Assembly (NCBI RefSeq): GCF_963921235.1 | Contig: NC_086109.1 | Coordinates: 23,872,001-23,936,000, forward strand | Source of the DNA: Mobula hypostoma | Lineage: Eukaryota | Direction of reading: 5' to 3' | DNA: 64,000 bases | Shown here: in pieces, positions 38,681 to 51,295 of the stretch | Layout of the letters: each line of letters begins with the position of its first letter | How positions within the stretch are numbered: the first letter of the stretch is position 1 | Translations under genes and position numbers: made by a program | The notes under the pieces: model-generated | The model's input: only the letters and a program-made list of their open reading frames with translations | The model's database searches: none | What the model was told of the DNA's origin: nothing

Positions 38681-38989
38681 AACGTTGACTCAACATCGGC
38701 CCATTAACGAGCCTTAGCCAAGCATTGGAGAGTTCCACCAGTCCGTGTGACATTTCTCATTTCACGGGCCAGCTATTGAGCAATACCTCTGATTCAGGTT
38801 CATTAGCTACTTAGCGACAAACTAGGGACAGCTTTGTAGCTGTGGTCCCGTAATAATAAAAAGAAGAGGGCACTCACCTCTCTGAGTTGTTTTGCCATTC
38901 AATTAGATCTTAAAATACTCATTGGTGAACAGATGAAATACTGTGCAAGTCTCTTCCCTGTGGCAAAGGATTTTATGATAGCAGGTTAA

Positions 38990-39196
38990 CTTCAAAGGTT
39001 CAAAGTAAGTTTATTTTCAAAGCACGTATATGTCAGAAAATACAACGCTGGGATTTACTTTTTTGTGGGCACTCACAGTAAATACAAAGAAACACAATAC
39101 AATCAATGAACTAAAAGATCACACATAAGAAGACAAATGCAAAACACAACAAACTGCAAATGAAAAAAAATGGGGGTGGTGGAGAGACAGAGAGAC

Positions 39197-39231
<35 letters not shown>

Positions 39232-42140
39232 TAATAAATATCAAGAACATGAGATCAAGAGTCCTTGAATGTGAATCGATAGGTTGTGGGAACAGTTCAG
39301 TGTTGGGTTAGTGAAGTTATCCCTCCTGGTTCAAGAGCCTGATGGCTGAGTAATAACTGCTCCTGAACCTGCTGGTGTGGGTCCTGAGGCTCCTGTTCTT
39401 CTTTCCTGATAGCAACAATGAGAAGAGAGCATGGCCTGTGTTGTGTCTGTGCACAACTATATATCAATTAAATAAAAGCACTATGCGGGAGATGGCTTTT
39501 ACTGGTGTACAGTATTAGGGAGATAGAGAGAGACAGAGACAGAGATAGACAGAGACAGAGAGAGAGAGAGAGAGAGCGAGAGATGTGCATGTGTAGAAAA
39601 CAGCGTATGTGCAGCCAACAGATAAATACGTAGTGTTGCGGGGGGCGGGGTCATTGCTCTAAAACAGATCTCACTCCATGCATTACACTTCCCTTTAGAT
39701 TAATGCAAGTTAAAACTGTATATGTATAAAACATTCAATTTCCCTTTCATAAACCATTATTCTAAATAAACATGCTTTCACAATAATAGTCCATAACTAA
39801 CTTCTGTTTCTTTCATGGTAGCACCTCTGGACCTGTGGAGTGGCACTGGGTTTGGCAGGTGTCTTGTCTAAGACTACGTTCTCAGTTTCCGGTGTCATGT
39901 TGCTGTCAGTGACGTCATCACTGAGAGGTAAGTCTGGTGACTGTAATGTGTCCACCTTGTTGGACGCAGTAAACTCAGGTGTGTTCTTCAGTTGAGCATC
40001 CTATATCTGGTCCACGTGACGTCTCCATGTCAGATCTTCAGCATCCACTGTGTACATCAGTGGTCCGGTACTTGTAGCTGTCCTACCAGGTCTTGTCTTC
40101 TCGGTAATCATGTGCTAGGGCTTCCTGACCAATCTTGAAACTCCTTGTTGCTTCACTTGGCAACTGGCTGAACTGTTTATTCTGTACTTCCCTCCGTAGA
40201 TCTGGTTTTGGGAGGTCATACGAGATCTCAGATTCCTGTTCATGAACAGCATTGCAGGTGTTTGATATGTCATTGCATGAACAGAGTTCCGATCCACAAA
40301 AAGGAAGCTATCCACCTTGTGCTGTAGAGAAATATCCTCCTTGTCCGTCGCCTTAATGGACTTCTTGAAGGTTTGGATAAAGCTTTCAGCTGACCCGTTC
40401 ATTGCTGGGTGGTGAGTAGCTGACTTGAAATGTCTGACGCCATTTTTCTTCATAAACATTTGGAATTCTTCTGACGTGTATAGTGATCCGTTGTCACTCA
40501 CAATTTGTTCTGGTAAGCCATTTCTGATGTAGATAATCCTCAGGACAGAGACAGCCTTTGCTGAGGTGGCTGACTTCATCAGAATAACCTCCAGCCACTC
40601 TGAATGAGCATCCACAACAATCAGAAACATGGAGTCCATGAATGGCCCAGCAAAGTCAATATGTACTCTTTGCACGGTGACAACGGCCACTTCCATGGGT
40701 GTAATGGTACCTGTGTGGGTGCATTTTGAAATTTTTCGTAACCTGAATAGCTTTTGGCCACACCTTTGATTTACCTATTGCTTCTCAAACACTTCTCATT
40801 AGAATTAAGCAGCTGTGACATTCTTTGGTTAGTGCCACCAATTGGGCTGCAATTTTACATTCAGTAACTTTATGCATTTGCTTAGTTTTGTGTTTGAGAC
40901 TTTTCATACGGTTGTGCTTTTTTGTCTGCTTTGCACATTCTCTCTATGTCTGTGGCACTTTCTGCAGACTTTTTCCTTGAACCAAGAGTCATTTGCATCA
41001 TGGGAGGATTTGCCACATCGATAACATCTTTGGCTTTTTGCACCATTCAGGGACATTTTGTGCATTTCACAATCTAAACTCCTTTTCTGTAGTTCTGCTG
41101 CATCCTTTGCTTGCAGTCTCTAATGATATTGCAATGGTCAATGCCCATTCTAAGGTTAGGTCTCTTTCTGATGGTAGCCTCTTTTGAGTGCTTTGACTGT
41201 GCATGCCAGATACAAGCCTGTCCCTTAATGCTTCAGATAGACAATCTCTAAAGTCACAGTTTGCGCAGTTCTGAAATGTATTCAGAAAGGCTTTCATCTT
41301 TTGACTAACTCCTTTTGTAACATCTAAATCTCTCAGCTGTTACCAGTAGTTTAGGGCTCAAGTGATTTCATAAAATTGTAACAATTCCATTGAAAGTTTT
41401 GCTCGCTGGTTTTGCAGGGATTACTAAGTTGTGTAAGAGACTGTACGTTCTTGGGCCCATTAAGCTAAGAAGTGTAAGGGCTTTCTTTTGCTCCTCCACA
41501 TTGTTCGTGTTACAATACAGTTCAACCCTCTCGATATACGACTCCCAGCCTTCATTAGCACTATCAAATTTGCCAACTTTCCTGACTGAAGCAATCACCA
41601 TGTTATTTTCACTTTAAATTCAGTGTGTTGTTCACTGTTACTCACGCATCTTTCGGCTTTCTTGTGATGTTTAACTCCTGCTGTTACATTCCGTAACTGT
41701 TGGTACAGTTCGTGATACTCTCTGACATTCAGGTTCATACTCGTCACCAATTGCACAAGCTTGTATCAATTAAATAAAGGCACACATGCAGGAGATGGCT
41801 TCATCTGCGATATTCACTTTGGAGACAGAGAGGAGAGGGAGAGGGGAAGGGGGAGGGGGGAGAGAGAGAGAGAGAGAAATGTGCATGAGTAGACAGCAGC
41901 ACACGTGTAGACAACAGATCAATATGTAGTGCTAAGTGCGAGGAGGGGGTCATTGGTCTAAAAGAAATAGATCCATACATTACAGCCTGGATGGTTGGGG
42001 TTCTTGATGGATGCTATGGATGCTGGCTTCCTGTGACAGCACTCCATGTAGATGTGTTCAGTAGTGTGGAGGTCTTTACTCAGGATGGACTGGGTTGAAT
42101 CCACTCCTTTTTTGTTTTCAATTCAAGAGCATTGGCTAAA
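38990..42140 (-). mobile_element. Rex1/Babar 3' fragment split by the Gypsy element at 39439-41984; includes a (GA)n tract at ~39181-39230
   Basis: gagaagagagcatggcctg | Gypsy | gatggttggggttcttgatgg rejoins the Rex sequence. Confidence 0.8.
39439..41984 (-). mobile_element. Internally deleted Gypsy element: 5' LTR ~41750-41984, PBS 41740-41749, gag, integrase, PPT, 3' LTR 39439-39687
   Basis: 5-bp TSD gcctg (39434-38, 41985-89); paired LTRs; PBS TGGTGACGAG; gag FDSANEGWESYIERVE..LLSLMGP..ALRDRLVSG; integrase RVHIDFAGPF..GLPEQIVSDNG. Confidence 0.92.
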
Positions 42141-42570
42141 TTAAGGAAAAATCCATTAACTCCAGACTGCTCCATACCCTTTTGGTGCCTTGGCCCAACA
42201 ACAACCCATCAAACTCAGGTATGAAAACTCCAACTGACTCCCATTATTCATTATGTATGAGGAAGGGCGTTCCAAATTTGATGAGACTTTGGGGGAAAGT
42301 TCTTCTTGATTTTTACTGCTGCACAGCACTCTAACATTAGGATATTAGTTTGGAATCTTGTTACTCGTTGCTTATGATTCCAAATATTTGGCTGTTTTAT
42401 TTGACTTCCAAACTTTGTTGCACATATGCAGTAACTTAGAAACCCATAGACATGTTTGGTAGGCCAAATCCACTATCTTGGTGAGCACAGCATTAAGTAT
42501 TCTCCAATGCAAAGTAGGGAAGTCACTTCTTGCATTCACTATTAACCTTGACTGCGAGCAAGATCTAAGT

Positions 42571-42770
42571 CAGTGGTCCCCAACCTCCGGGCCATGGACC
42601 GATACATTTATGCGAAGAATGCAGGGGTGCAGCAGTAGTCGGAACGCGCCCAGCACATCTTTAAGAAAAAAGCCAAAATAAACCAGCTCATTAATTAGGT
42701 GCTGCCTGGCATGTAAATGTCGGCCCAGATCAGAGTCGATGCAATCGGCATGTACAGTAATGTACAGGAT
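42571..42770 (+). mobile_element. hAT (Charlie/MER1-like) 5' terminal fragment
   Basis: cagtggtccccaacc terminus identical to 50503; preceded by atctaagt. Confidence 0.7.
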
Positions 42771-42839
42771 GAAAACAAGGTAGAAAATTCCTCTTTGGAG
42801 CGAAGGAGGATGAGAGGAGACTGAGTCGTGGTGTACAAG

Positions 42840-43271
42840 ATCAAGAATCAACAAACTCATTTGTAAGGCCAGTGCTGTTGTAGGGATGGAACTGGACTCT
42901 CTGACGGTGGTGTCTGAAAAGAGAATGTTGTCCAAGTTGCATGCCATCTTGGATAATGTCTCCCATCCACTACATAATGTACTGGTTGGGCACAGGAGTA
43001 CATTCAGCCAGAGACTCATTCCTCCGAGATGCAACACAGAGCGTCGTAGGAAGTCATTCCTGCCTGTGGCCATCAAACTTTGCAACTCCTCCCTTGGGGG
43101 TCAGACACCCTGAGCCAATAGGCCGGTCCTGGACTTACTTCCTGGCATAAATTATATATTACTATTTAACTATTTATGGTTTTATTACTATTTATTATTT
43201 ATGGTGCAACTGTAACGAAAACCAATTTCCCCCGGGATCAATAAAGTATGACTATGACTATGACTATGACT
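42840..43271 (+). mobile_element. Rex1/Babar-type LINE 3' end with (ATGACT)n tail
   Basis: ORF 42886 ILDNVSHPLH..RCNTERRRKSFLPVAIKLCN; aataaag tatgactatgact. Confidence 0.85.
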
Positions 43272-43274
43272 GAG

Positions 43275-43642
43275 TGGCATCGGTGTAGTGGATAGCCATA
43301 GACTTTCTCCCAGCTTGGAAATGGCTTATACTAGGGGGTATAAATTTAACGTGATTAGAGGAAAATATAGATGTCAGATATATATATATATATATAGCTG
43401 CTGGGGGATGTCAGAGGTAAGTTCTTTTCACAGTGAGTGGCAAGTGCATAGACCACTCTGCCAGGGGTAGTGGTTGAGGTACTGTTGATATATTAGGGGC
43501 AGTTAAGAAATTCTTAGATGGGCACATGGATGATAGAAAAATTGAGGGCTATGTTTGAAGGAAGGGTTGATGATCTTAGAGTAGGACAAAAGATCAGCAC
43601 AACTTTGTGGGCTGAAGGGCCTATACTGTTCTATGTTCTATA
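43275..43642 (+). mobile_element. CR1 3' fragment
   Basis: TRGYKFNVIRGKY; tail gggctgaagggcctatactgttctatgttctat. Confidence 0.8.
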
Positions 43643-44870
43643 ATTGAAATATTTACACTTATTTAATTTACTTTGTTTTTAATTACTTTTAAATATTTTA
43701 GGTGTTTTAGCTAATTAGGTTTTGATTTTTTCATTATTTTCTTCAGGTTAATGGTTTATAAATGCTTCTGAAGATGAGGGAAATTTATGCCATTAAAAAT
43801 CATCCGCATCTCTTATAATTGGCAACACTTGACTCTAAGCTTTGCCAGCCTCTCAAAGCTTACCTGGTTGGGCCCTCAACCCTACACATACGGAGGTCCT
43901 GCGACAGCTCAGTTCATATTTTTGGTCTCCAGCATGTGCAAGGTGAATGAGTTTGGCCCTCCGAATTCAGGCACGGTGAATGTGGCACAGGGGTGAGGAG
44001 GGAGGGGAAAGCATGGGTCCATCCCATTATCCTGAATTTCTATCAAACCTCTTTCAATACCTTGAATGGGTCATTCTCAGCCTTCCAACACACAAGGGGA
44101 CACAACCTTTGTTGTGCAACTTGTCCTCTTAATTTTATCTGTTTAAATCCATGCCTCTAGGGTCTGGTTTGTGACTTGCCCAAATGCACATAACCAATGG
44201 AACAAAGGAGTTTTCAAGACTGTATTTAAAGCCCAGGGGAACGCCAGGTTTCAAGGTAAGTGGTTTGGAATGTAATTGGAAGGAACAGAAGTTTTACAAA
44301 CTTCACTGGTTGTATTTTCATATCATGCATCATTACCTCTGGACTTGATAATACTGATGCTCTCCTGGATGACCTCTTAACTCGTACTCACTCTAAACTT
44401 GATCGTCAAAAACCCTGCTGCCTACAGTATGTACATAGTTTTTGTTGTTCAGTGCTGATTGTATATAAAACCATGTTCCCCGATCAGTCCTGTGCTCACT
44501 GTACAACAAAGCCAAGCAATCCCTCAGTTTGAAAATTCTTATCCTGTATTCAAATCCTCTGGGTCCATATTCCTGCCCCTCACTATTACCATCTCCTGGC
44601 TTACAAACGGACGTTAATCAAGTATGTCTGGTGAATAGGATTGACAGGATTATGAGGAGCATTAAACCAGGTGTGGTCTAAATTTGTGCTCTGACAGGTG
44701 GTGCATGTTCATACAATGTAGGTAAGGTTATATCATAACTTTTGAATTTGATGGAAATTGAATTTGATTCAGAAGGCATTTTATTTATGCAATTGGTTTG
44801 GCGATTATGAAATACAACGTTCCAGAGGATAAAAAAGGATCTTGTGCTTTCCTGCCATATATGATGAATA

Positions 44871-45223
44871 AATAAACTCTTCTCGGGCTTCCAACTGGAT
44901 ACAGGTGTCAATTATAACTGACGTTTCGATGACAAGGTCTGCCAGCTGCATCAGGGATGATGCCTGGGCATGTTGTGTCTGGAGGTATTTATACCCCCAT
45001 AGTCTGTCCCTCCTGATTGGTTAGCCCTCATCTAATCAGGTGAGAGAGTGGAAACCTGATTGGATGAGACTATCCAATCAGGAGGGACGGAGTATGGGAA
45101 TATAAATACCATCAGACTAGACATGCCCAGGCATTGTCCCTGATGAAGATGGCAGACCTTGTCAATGAAACGTCAGTTATAATTGATACCTGCACCTGGC
45201 TGGAAGCCCGAGAAGAGTTTATT
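44871..45223. mobile_element. Palindromic Penelope-derived element (~170-bp inverted arms, 12-bp spacer) with hammerhead core
   Basis: Arms 44871-45041 and 45054-45223 are reverse complements; CTGATGA at 45140-46, hairpin, GAAACGTC at 45167-74. Confidence 0.8.
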
Positions 45224-45749
45224 CTTCCAGGCTTTACTTTAAACTAAAATCACAAATGATATTCACTTGAGCAGTTTGTATATGGAGCAACAGAAAAGAA
45301 AAATTATTTAATGATTGATTGACTGAATCAACCCATGTTACTTTTACCAATTTGAACTGGGTAATAACTTCTGTTCCTGATCTGGGATTTGGTGTCTACA
45401 GTAAGTGAACAAATTAACCCATTCACTTTATTTATGCCATTTTATGGGATTTTCTTCCTTTGCTTCCTGTCCAGTAGTTGGGGCTTTGTCAACGATTCTG
45501 TTAAGGCTGCTTTTTGCCAATACTAGATTAATTTGTTGATTTTTTTCATCTGGACATTCGTAATTCAAAGTCCCTCCTGGCCACATAGCCAACTGTCCCT
45601 GCAACATAGTTTCTAGACCTGGTAGACTTCTACTGAGATTCTGAAACACCAGGGTCTGATCCAATAACCCACCACTATCCCCTTCCCAGTTCCAAATGAT
45701 CTAGGGAGCTATTTCAATATTCCACAAGGAAATCAAATCTAAAAACATA

Positions 45750-47330
45750 TATTTCAAAGGGGGAGTATGGTAGAACAGAGAGACCTTGGAGTTCAGGTAC
45801 ATTATTGCCTTAATGTGGAGTTACAGGTAGACAGGATGGTGAAGGAGGTTTTCATCAATCAGGGCATTGAGTATACAAGTTGAGAGATGGTGCACGGTGC
45901 AAGATACTGATGAGGCCACACTTGGAGTATTACCTTCAGTCTGGTCACCCTGCTACAGGAATTAATTTACTAAACTGGAAAGAGTGCAGAAAAGATTTAC
46001 AAGGATGTTGCCAGGACTTGAGGGACTGAATTATAGGGAGAGGCTGGACAGGCTCAGACTTCATTCCTCAATGTGTAGGAGACTGACTGGCAATCTTAGA
46101 GAGATGTATAAAATCATGAGGGTCATGGACAGGGTGAATGCACTTGACCTCATACCCAAGGTTGGGCAATCAAGAACTAGAGGGCATAGGTTTAAGGTGA
46201 GAGGGCAAAAATTTAATAGGAACTTGAGGGGTAACCTTTTGTACAAAAGGTGGTGTGCTTTTGGAAGAAGCTGCCATGGGAGGTGTTTGATGCAGTTAAA
46301 ATGACTATTTTAAAGGACAGTTGGACAGAAACATGGATAGGAAAGATTTAGATGATTGTGGGCCAACTGCTGGCAAATGGGACTAGCTTGGATAGTGTTA
46401 CGTACCCCGTAACTGGGTTGCCAAACCAGCAGAAATGGATCACTCAGTTGGAGTCTGGAGTACTAGAACTAAGAAAGTTTTATTAAAGAAACAAGCAACA
46501 CAGTAATCGAAAGGATAATAAATGCAACAATTCAACAATGATAACCACACATGTGCACAGAATTAAGATAACAGCATCAATCAAGCTCTATCGTTGTCTA
46601 GGGGTAAATGACCAATTTCAAAATGACTCAAAGTTCAGTCCAGTTAGTAGTTCAGTTCGCAGTAATCGTTGCCATGGCGATGGACAAGGTGGGGGAAGAG
46701 AGACAGAGAGAACAGGAACAACTCATCATTCAGCACAGCTTCACTCACAGACCAGCGAGATTGCTCACGAGCAACTTTTGGGCGGGTCCTTGGTGATGTC
46801 ACCTGAGGTCACCGACTGTGACCCCTCCTCCAGATGCGGTCGATCCTCTGCAGTGAACCCGGCACCCAGGCAAGGGCGGACACACACCGGGTTCCCGCTG
46901 ATCGTACCTTTCCACCCTTGTCGTTGTCTGGTACTTCTCATCCACTCGTGAGAGGCGCACCGCTTCCAGGGTCTCGTTACCTCGGGTGGCGTGTGTCCCT
47001 GTCTTAGCGAACCTGTCCCCTTTTTATCCCCCTGCTGGGGTATCGCCTGTCCATCACTTCAAACAGTTCAGGGTTCAAAGGGGGAGCCGCTCCAGACAGC
47101 TCCCTCTCCCACGTCCCTCCATTACACATCTCCAGACGCTGCTCCATTGTTCCTTATCTCTCCTTCCCCTGAGGGCAGGTGGCAGACCAACTGCTGATGC
47201 CACTGATGCTAGCCCAGGCCAGCAAACATCTTAATTTTATGTGTATTCTCGTAACAATAGGTATCATAGTCAGCATGGACCAGTTGGGCCAAAGACTCTG
47301 CTTCCATGCTGTATGTTTCTATGATTCTAC
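45750..47330 (+). mobile_element. CR1 3' fragment split by the solo LTR at 46396-47256
   Basis: ORF 45984-46304 QKRFTRMLPGLEGLNYRERLDRL..RTRGHRFKV. Confidence 0.9.
46396..47256. mobile_element. Solo LTR (861 bp), related to 34759-35720
   Basis: TGTTACG...CGTAACA; 4-bp TSD atag at 46392-95 and 47257-60; shares tgt.acgtacccc and gtcaccgactgtgac. Confidence 0.9.
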
Positions 47331-47419
47331 ATAATGTACTTCTAGGATTCAGGAATGATAACACCATTTCAGCAAGATCAAACTGCAATGGTGAATGAAA
47401 TTTCCCTTCATACGAAGGA

Positions 47420-48282
47420 AGTACCAAGGTCAAGAACACGAAACCTTGGCTTGGACAGTACAAGGTTCTTGGATCGTGGCTAGAACTGGACGAGACCCTG
47501 AAGCCGTGATTTGGTCGAGGGAGAGACAGGAACACAGAGCCTTGGTCGAGGGAGAGACAGGAACATGGAACACAGATCCGGGACCCCTCCTTGGAAACAG
47601 GATGTAGGGCTGGGACTCATTACACAGAATGCAGAATACATCGAGATGGTTCTCAACACAAGGCAGTGATAGATGGCCGGACCTACCTAGCGAAGGTGTG
47701 GACACAGAGACTGTTCAAAACAACAATAGACAGTTCCATATCTCACTCCAGCGATTGAACTTGACAGCGGTGTAGGCGAGGGTTACAGGCAAGGCAAGGC
47801 GAGGCAACAGAAGGAAGGGGAACAGAAGGGATTCAGACAGGGGGTTTGGACAGGAACAATCCAGCAGCCTGAGGCTTCTTCTTCTTCTTCTTCTTGTGTT
47901 GTTTTATGGCAGTTGGCAAACCAGCTTTTAGGTGCATTACCGCCACCTGCTAGACTGGAGTGTGGATCGTTGGATAAACAGGAGAAGGGAAAAGAATTGC
48001 ATTCCCTATATTCTATATAATAAACCTGAGTCTTTCAGATACTTCATGATACGGATCTGTATTTCTCTTGAATTCCCACTTAAAATGTCTTCTATACCCA
48101 CATCAGTTTTTTTTTGTTTATCTTAAGCAGCCAGAGGCTGAATCCTGAAGCTATTTATGAAGGCAGCCCAAAGAGCGAATCAGCTGCTTCAACAGAAACT
48201 GGGGAAAACCGGAAATCCTGGAATAAGGAACGTGGACCGGACCATGAACCGGAATGTGGATTTCACGGACCGGACCATGACA
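47420..48282 (-). mobile_element. Truncated LTR related to 27157-29485, with a nested LINE fragment
   Basis: Shared caatccagcagcc..aatcagctgc..ggaccggaccatgaca end. Confidence 0.7.
47877..48125 (-). mobile_element. I/Nimb-clade LINE 3' end with (GAA)n tail
   Basis: Minus ORF end ..IEDILSGNSREIQIRIMKYLKDSGLLYRI*; 3' UTR ggtggcggtaatgcacc; TSD agcagcctgaggct / agcagccagaggct. Confidence 0.7.
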
Positions 48283-49020
48283 GAAGTGGAGAGAGTGAGC
48301 AGCTTGGGGTTCCTGGGTGTCAAGATCTCTGAGGATCTAACCTGGTCCCAACATATCGATGTACATATTTATAAAGAAGGCAAGACAGTAGCTATGCTTT
48401 ATTAGGAGTTTGAAGAGATTTGGCATGTCAACAAATACACTCAAAAACTTCTATAGTTGTACCATGGAGAGCATTCTGACAGGCTACATCACTATCTGGT
48501 ATGGAGGGGTTACTGCACAGGACCAAAAGAAGCTGCAGAAGGTTGTAAATCTAGTCAGCTCCATCTTGGGTACTAGCCTACAAAGTACCCAGGACATCTT
48601 TAGGGAGCGGTGTCTCAGAAAGGCAGTGTCCATTATTAAGGACCTCCAGCACCCAGGGCATGCCCTTTTCTGACTGCTACCATCAGGTAGGAGATACAGA
48701 AGCCTGAAGGCACAGACACAGTGATTCAGGAACAGCTTCTTCCCCTCTGCCATCCAATACCTAAATGGACATTGAAGTCTCGGACACTATCTCACTTGTT
48801 CCTAACAACAGTATTTCTGTTTTTGCACATTTTAAAAATCTTTTCAATATATGTAATTGATTTGCTTGTTTATTTATTATTTTTTTGAAATTTAGGTTAT
48901 TATTATTATCATCATCATTTTTTCTCTGCTAGATTATGTACTGCATTGAACTGCTGCTGCTAAATTAACAAATTTCACGTCACATGCCGGTGATACTAAA
49001 ACCTGATTCTGATTCTGACT
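48283..49020 (+). mobile_element. Rex1/Babar LINE 3' portion with (TCTGAT)n tail
   Basis: ORF 48410 LKNFYSCTMESILTGYITIWYG..KKLQKVV..IIKDLQHPGHALF. Confidence 0.9.
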
Positions 49021-50502
49021 CTTGTAGACTAAATATCAGTTCCATGTTATAAATATGCCGATTGTGGCCCCACCACCCCCATTCCCCTGGCCACTTTGAA
49101 ATAGGCTTATGTAATGTGAAGCTGGTAAAACACTTAAACTGAAGATAGCATCTGAACTGGTGCCTTGTGAGACACTTGTGCACCATAGTGCAATATCTAA
49201 TGGAAAACAGCCATACAAAGTTCAGGCATGTGGTCCCACAGTGGATTTGAACTCCAATTCTTGTACAGAAAGCTGTTCATAAATACAGTTCGACAGAGAC
49301 ATGCACAAAACATACAGAGAAACACACAGAGCTCATGTATGCAGTCAGACACTGAAACAAGAGTAGGTGTGATTTTCTTAGTTCCAGTGAAATGCCAAAA
49401 CCCATTTCCAACAAATCCCTGACTCATTATCTCCTTTCTTATCAGTATCTTCCTTTCCAATCACATCCCTCCCTATCCCCAAGCTCCTTCTCCCATTAAC
49501 ATTAAAGAGTATCTGCGTTAATTGACCATTACCTTTATCAGTTCAATTAAAAACAAATATGCAAGTCATACAAAGCTAAATATCTGTGCACACACCCACC
49601 AGGTTTCTCCTGAAACAAAGGATACAAAAGATAATGTCCAGGAATAGGAGTTTACACTGGCCAGGCATTCCCTTTGGTCCCGATGTAATCACTATGCTTT
49701 TAATGTGGGGTCATCTACTTCCAGAATAGTTGGTCTCCAGAGTTTTCAACTGTTTCCTCTGCTAAAATCCTCCATTCTTACTGTCTTTCTTATCCAATAG
49801 ATCTGTTGTGTTTTGAATTTGTTGGCTCAGGCCTATCTGGCTGATCTGTGTCAGTTTCTCATTGGCTCTGGCCCCAGGTTACAAGTTGTGTTACTTCATT
49901 GTTCTTGCACCAGACTTCTGTTTCATGTCACCTCTTTGATCTCTCTTGGTCAGGCAAGTTCAAACTAATTCAACCAGGTCAGCCACACGCTGGGCTCAGG
50001 TTATTTCAGGCCACAAGCTGTTCTTTTCATACACCTGTCACTTCTGCCAAACTGAATTAGCAGCTTCTTCTTTGGAAATTATTGCTGATTTAGCAGATTA
50101 TTAGTGGTGCCCACTTCCCAATTGCTCTTATCTAACCAACCCAGTTCACAATATATTAAAGAAAGTCGCAATTATCAATTCTCCCGTTCTGATTCCTGTG
50201 AATTGTCCTCCCTACTTCCAAACTTAGAGAGTCATAGAGAAATATAGTGTGGATACAGGCCTTTCAGCTTAATCTGTCTGTGCTAATCATGTTGTCCACA
50301 CAGCTAGTCTTAATTTCCTCTGTTCAGCCCATACCCCTTCAAGGCTCACTCTTCCATGTACCTATCCAAATGTTTCTTAAATGATACTATTGTATGTGCC
50401 TCAACCAATTCCTCTAGCAGCTCATTCCATATATTCACCATCCTCTGTGTGAAAAAGTTGCTCCTTAACTCCCTTGTAAATCTTTCCCCTGACACCCTAA
50501 GC

Positions 50503-51295
50503 CAGTGGTCCCCAACCACTGGGCCACGGACCGGTACTGGGCCACAAAGCATGTGCTACCGGGCCGCGGTGAAACGATATGGTTTGGTGATGTGAAACGA
50601 TATGAATCAACTGCATCTTTCCTCATTCCCTGTCACGCCCACTGTTGGAACTTGAACGCACGCAAGGTTGTTACGCACGCGAGGTCGTTACGCACCTGAG
50701 GTCATTACGCATGCGAGGTCATTACCCACGCGTCATCCATGCCAGTGCAGGAAGAAGATCAACTCCTCGAGCTTGCAAATGACGGTAGGCTAAAACGTAT
50801 GTTTAACGTAACATCTCTGCCGGCATTCTGGATCAAAGTCAAGGCTGAGTATCTTGAGATAGCCATGAAAGAACTGAAAACATTGCTTCCATTTCCAACA
50901 TCATATCTCTGCGAAGCGGGCTTTTCTGCAATGAATGCCACAAAGACTAAATTGCGGAATAGACTGGACACAAGGAACCCCGTTCGAGTATCGCTGTCTC
51001 CCATCACCCCTCGATGGGACCGTCTTGTTGCAGGGAAACAAGCCCAGGGCTCCCACTGATTCCGTGGTATTGGTGTATTGCAATGATTTTATATGTTCAT
51101 ACTGGGAAAATATGTGCTGTGTGTTTAATATTAAATTCGTTAGATAAACTCTTTTAGAAATGAAATTGAATGTATTAGCCACTTATCACCTATATTCCAG
51201 TCGTGATTAACACCCCCCCCCACCGGTCGGCCGGTCCGCAAGAATATTGTCCATATTAAACCGGTCTGCAGTGCAGAAAAGGTTGGGGACCCCTG
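50503..51295 (+). mobile_element. Internally deleted hAT (Buster/Charlie) transposon retaining the transposase C-terminal dimerization region
   Basis: TIRs cagtggtccccaacc / ggttggggacccctg; 8-bp TSD ccctaagc / ccctatgc; ORF 50739-51059 FWIKVKAEY..LLPFPTSYLCEAGFSAM..KTKLRNRLD. Confidence 0.92.

Noticed and set aside
50739..51059. ZBED/SCAND3-like host gene
   Set aside because: Only a C-terminal fragment inside TIRs and an 8-bp TSD.
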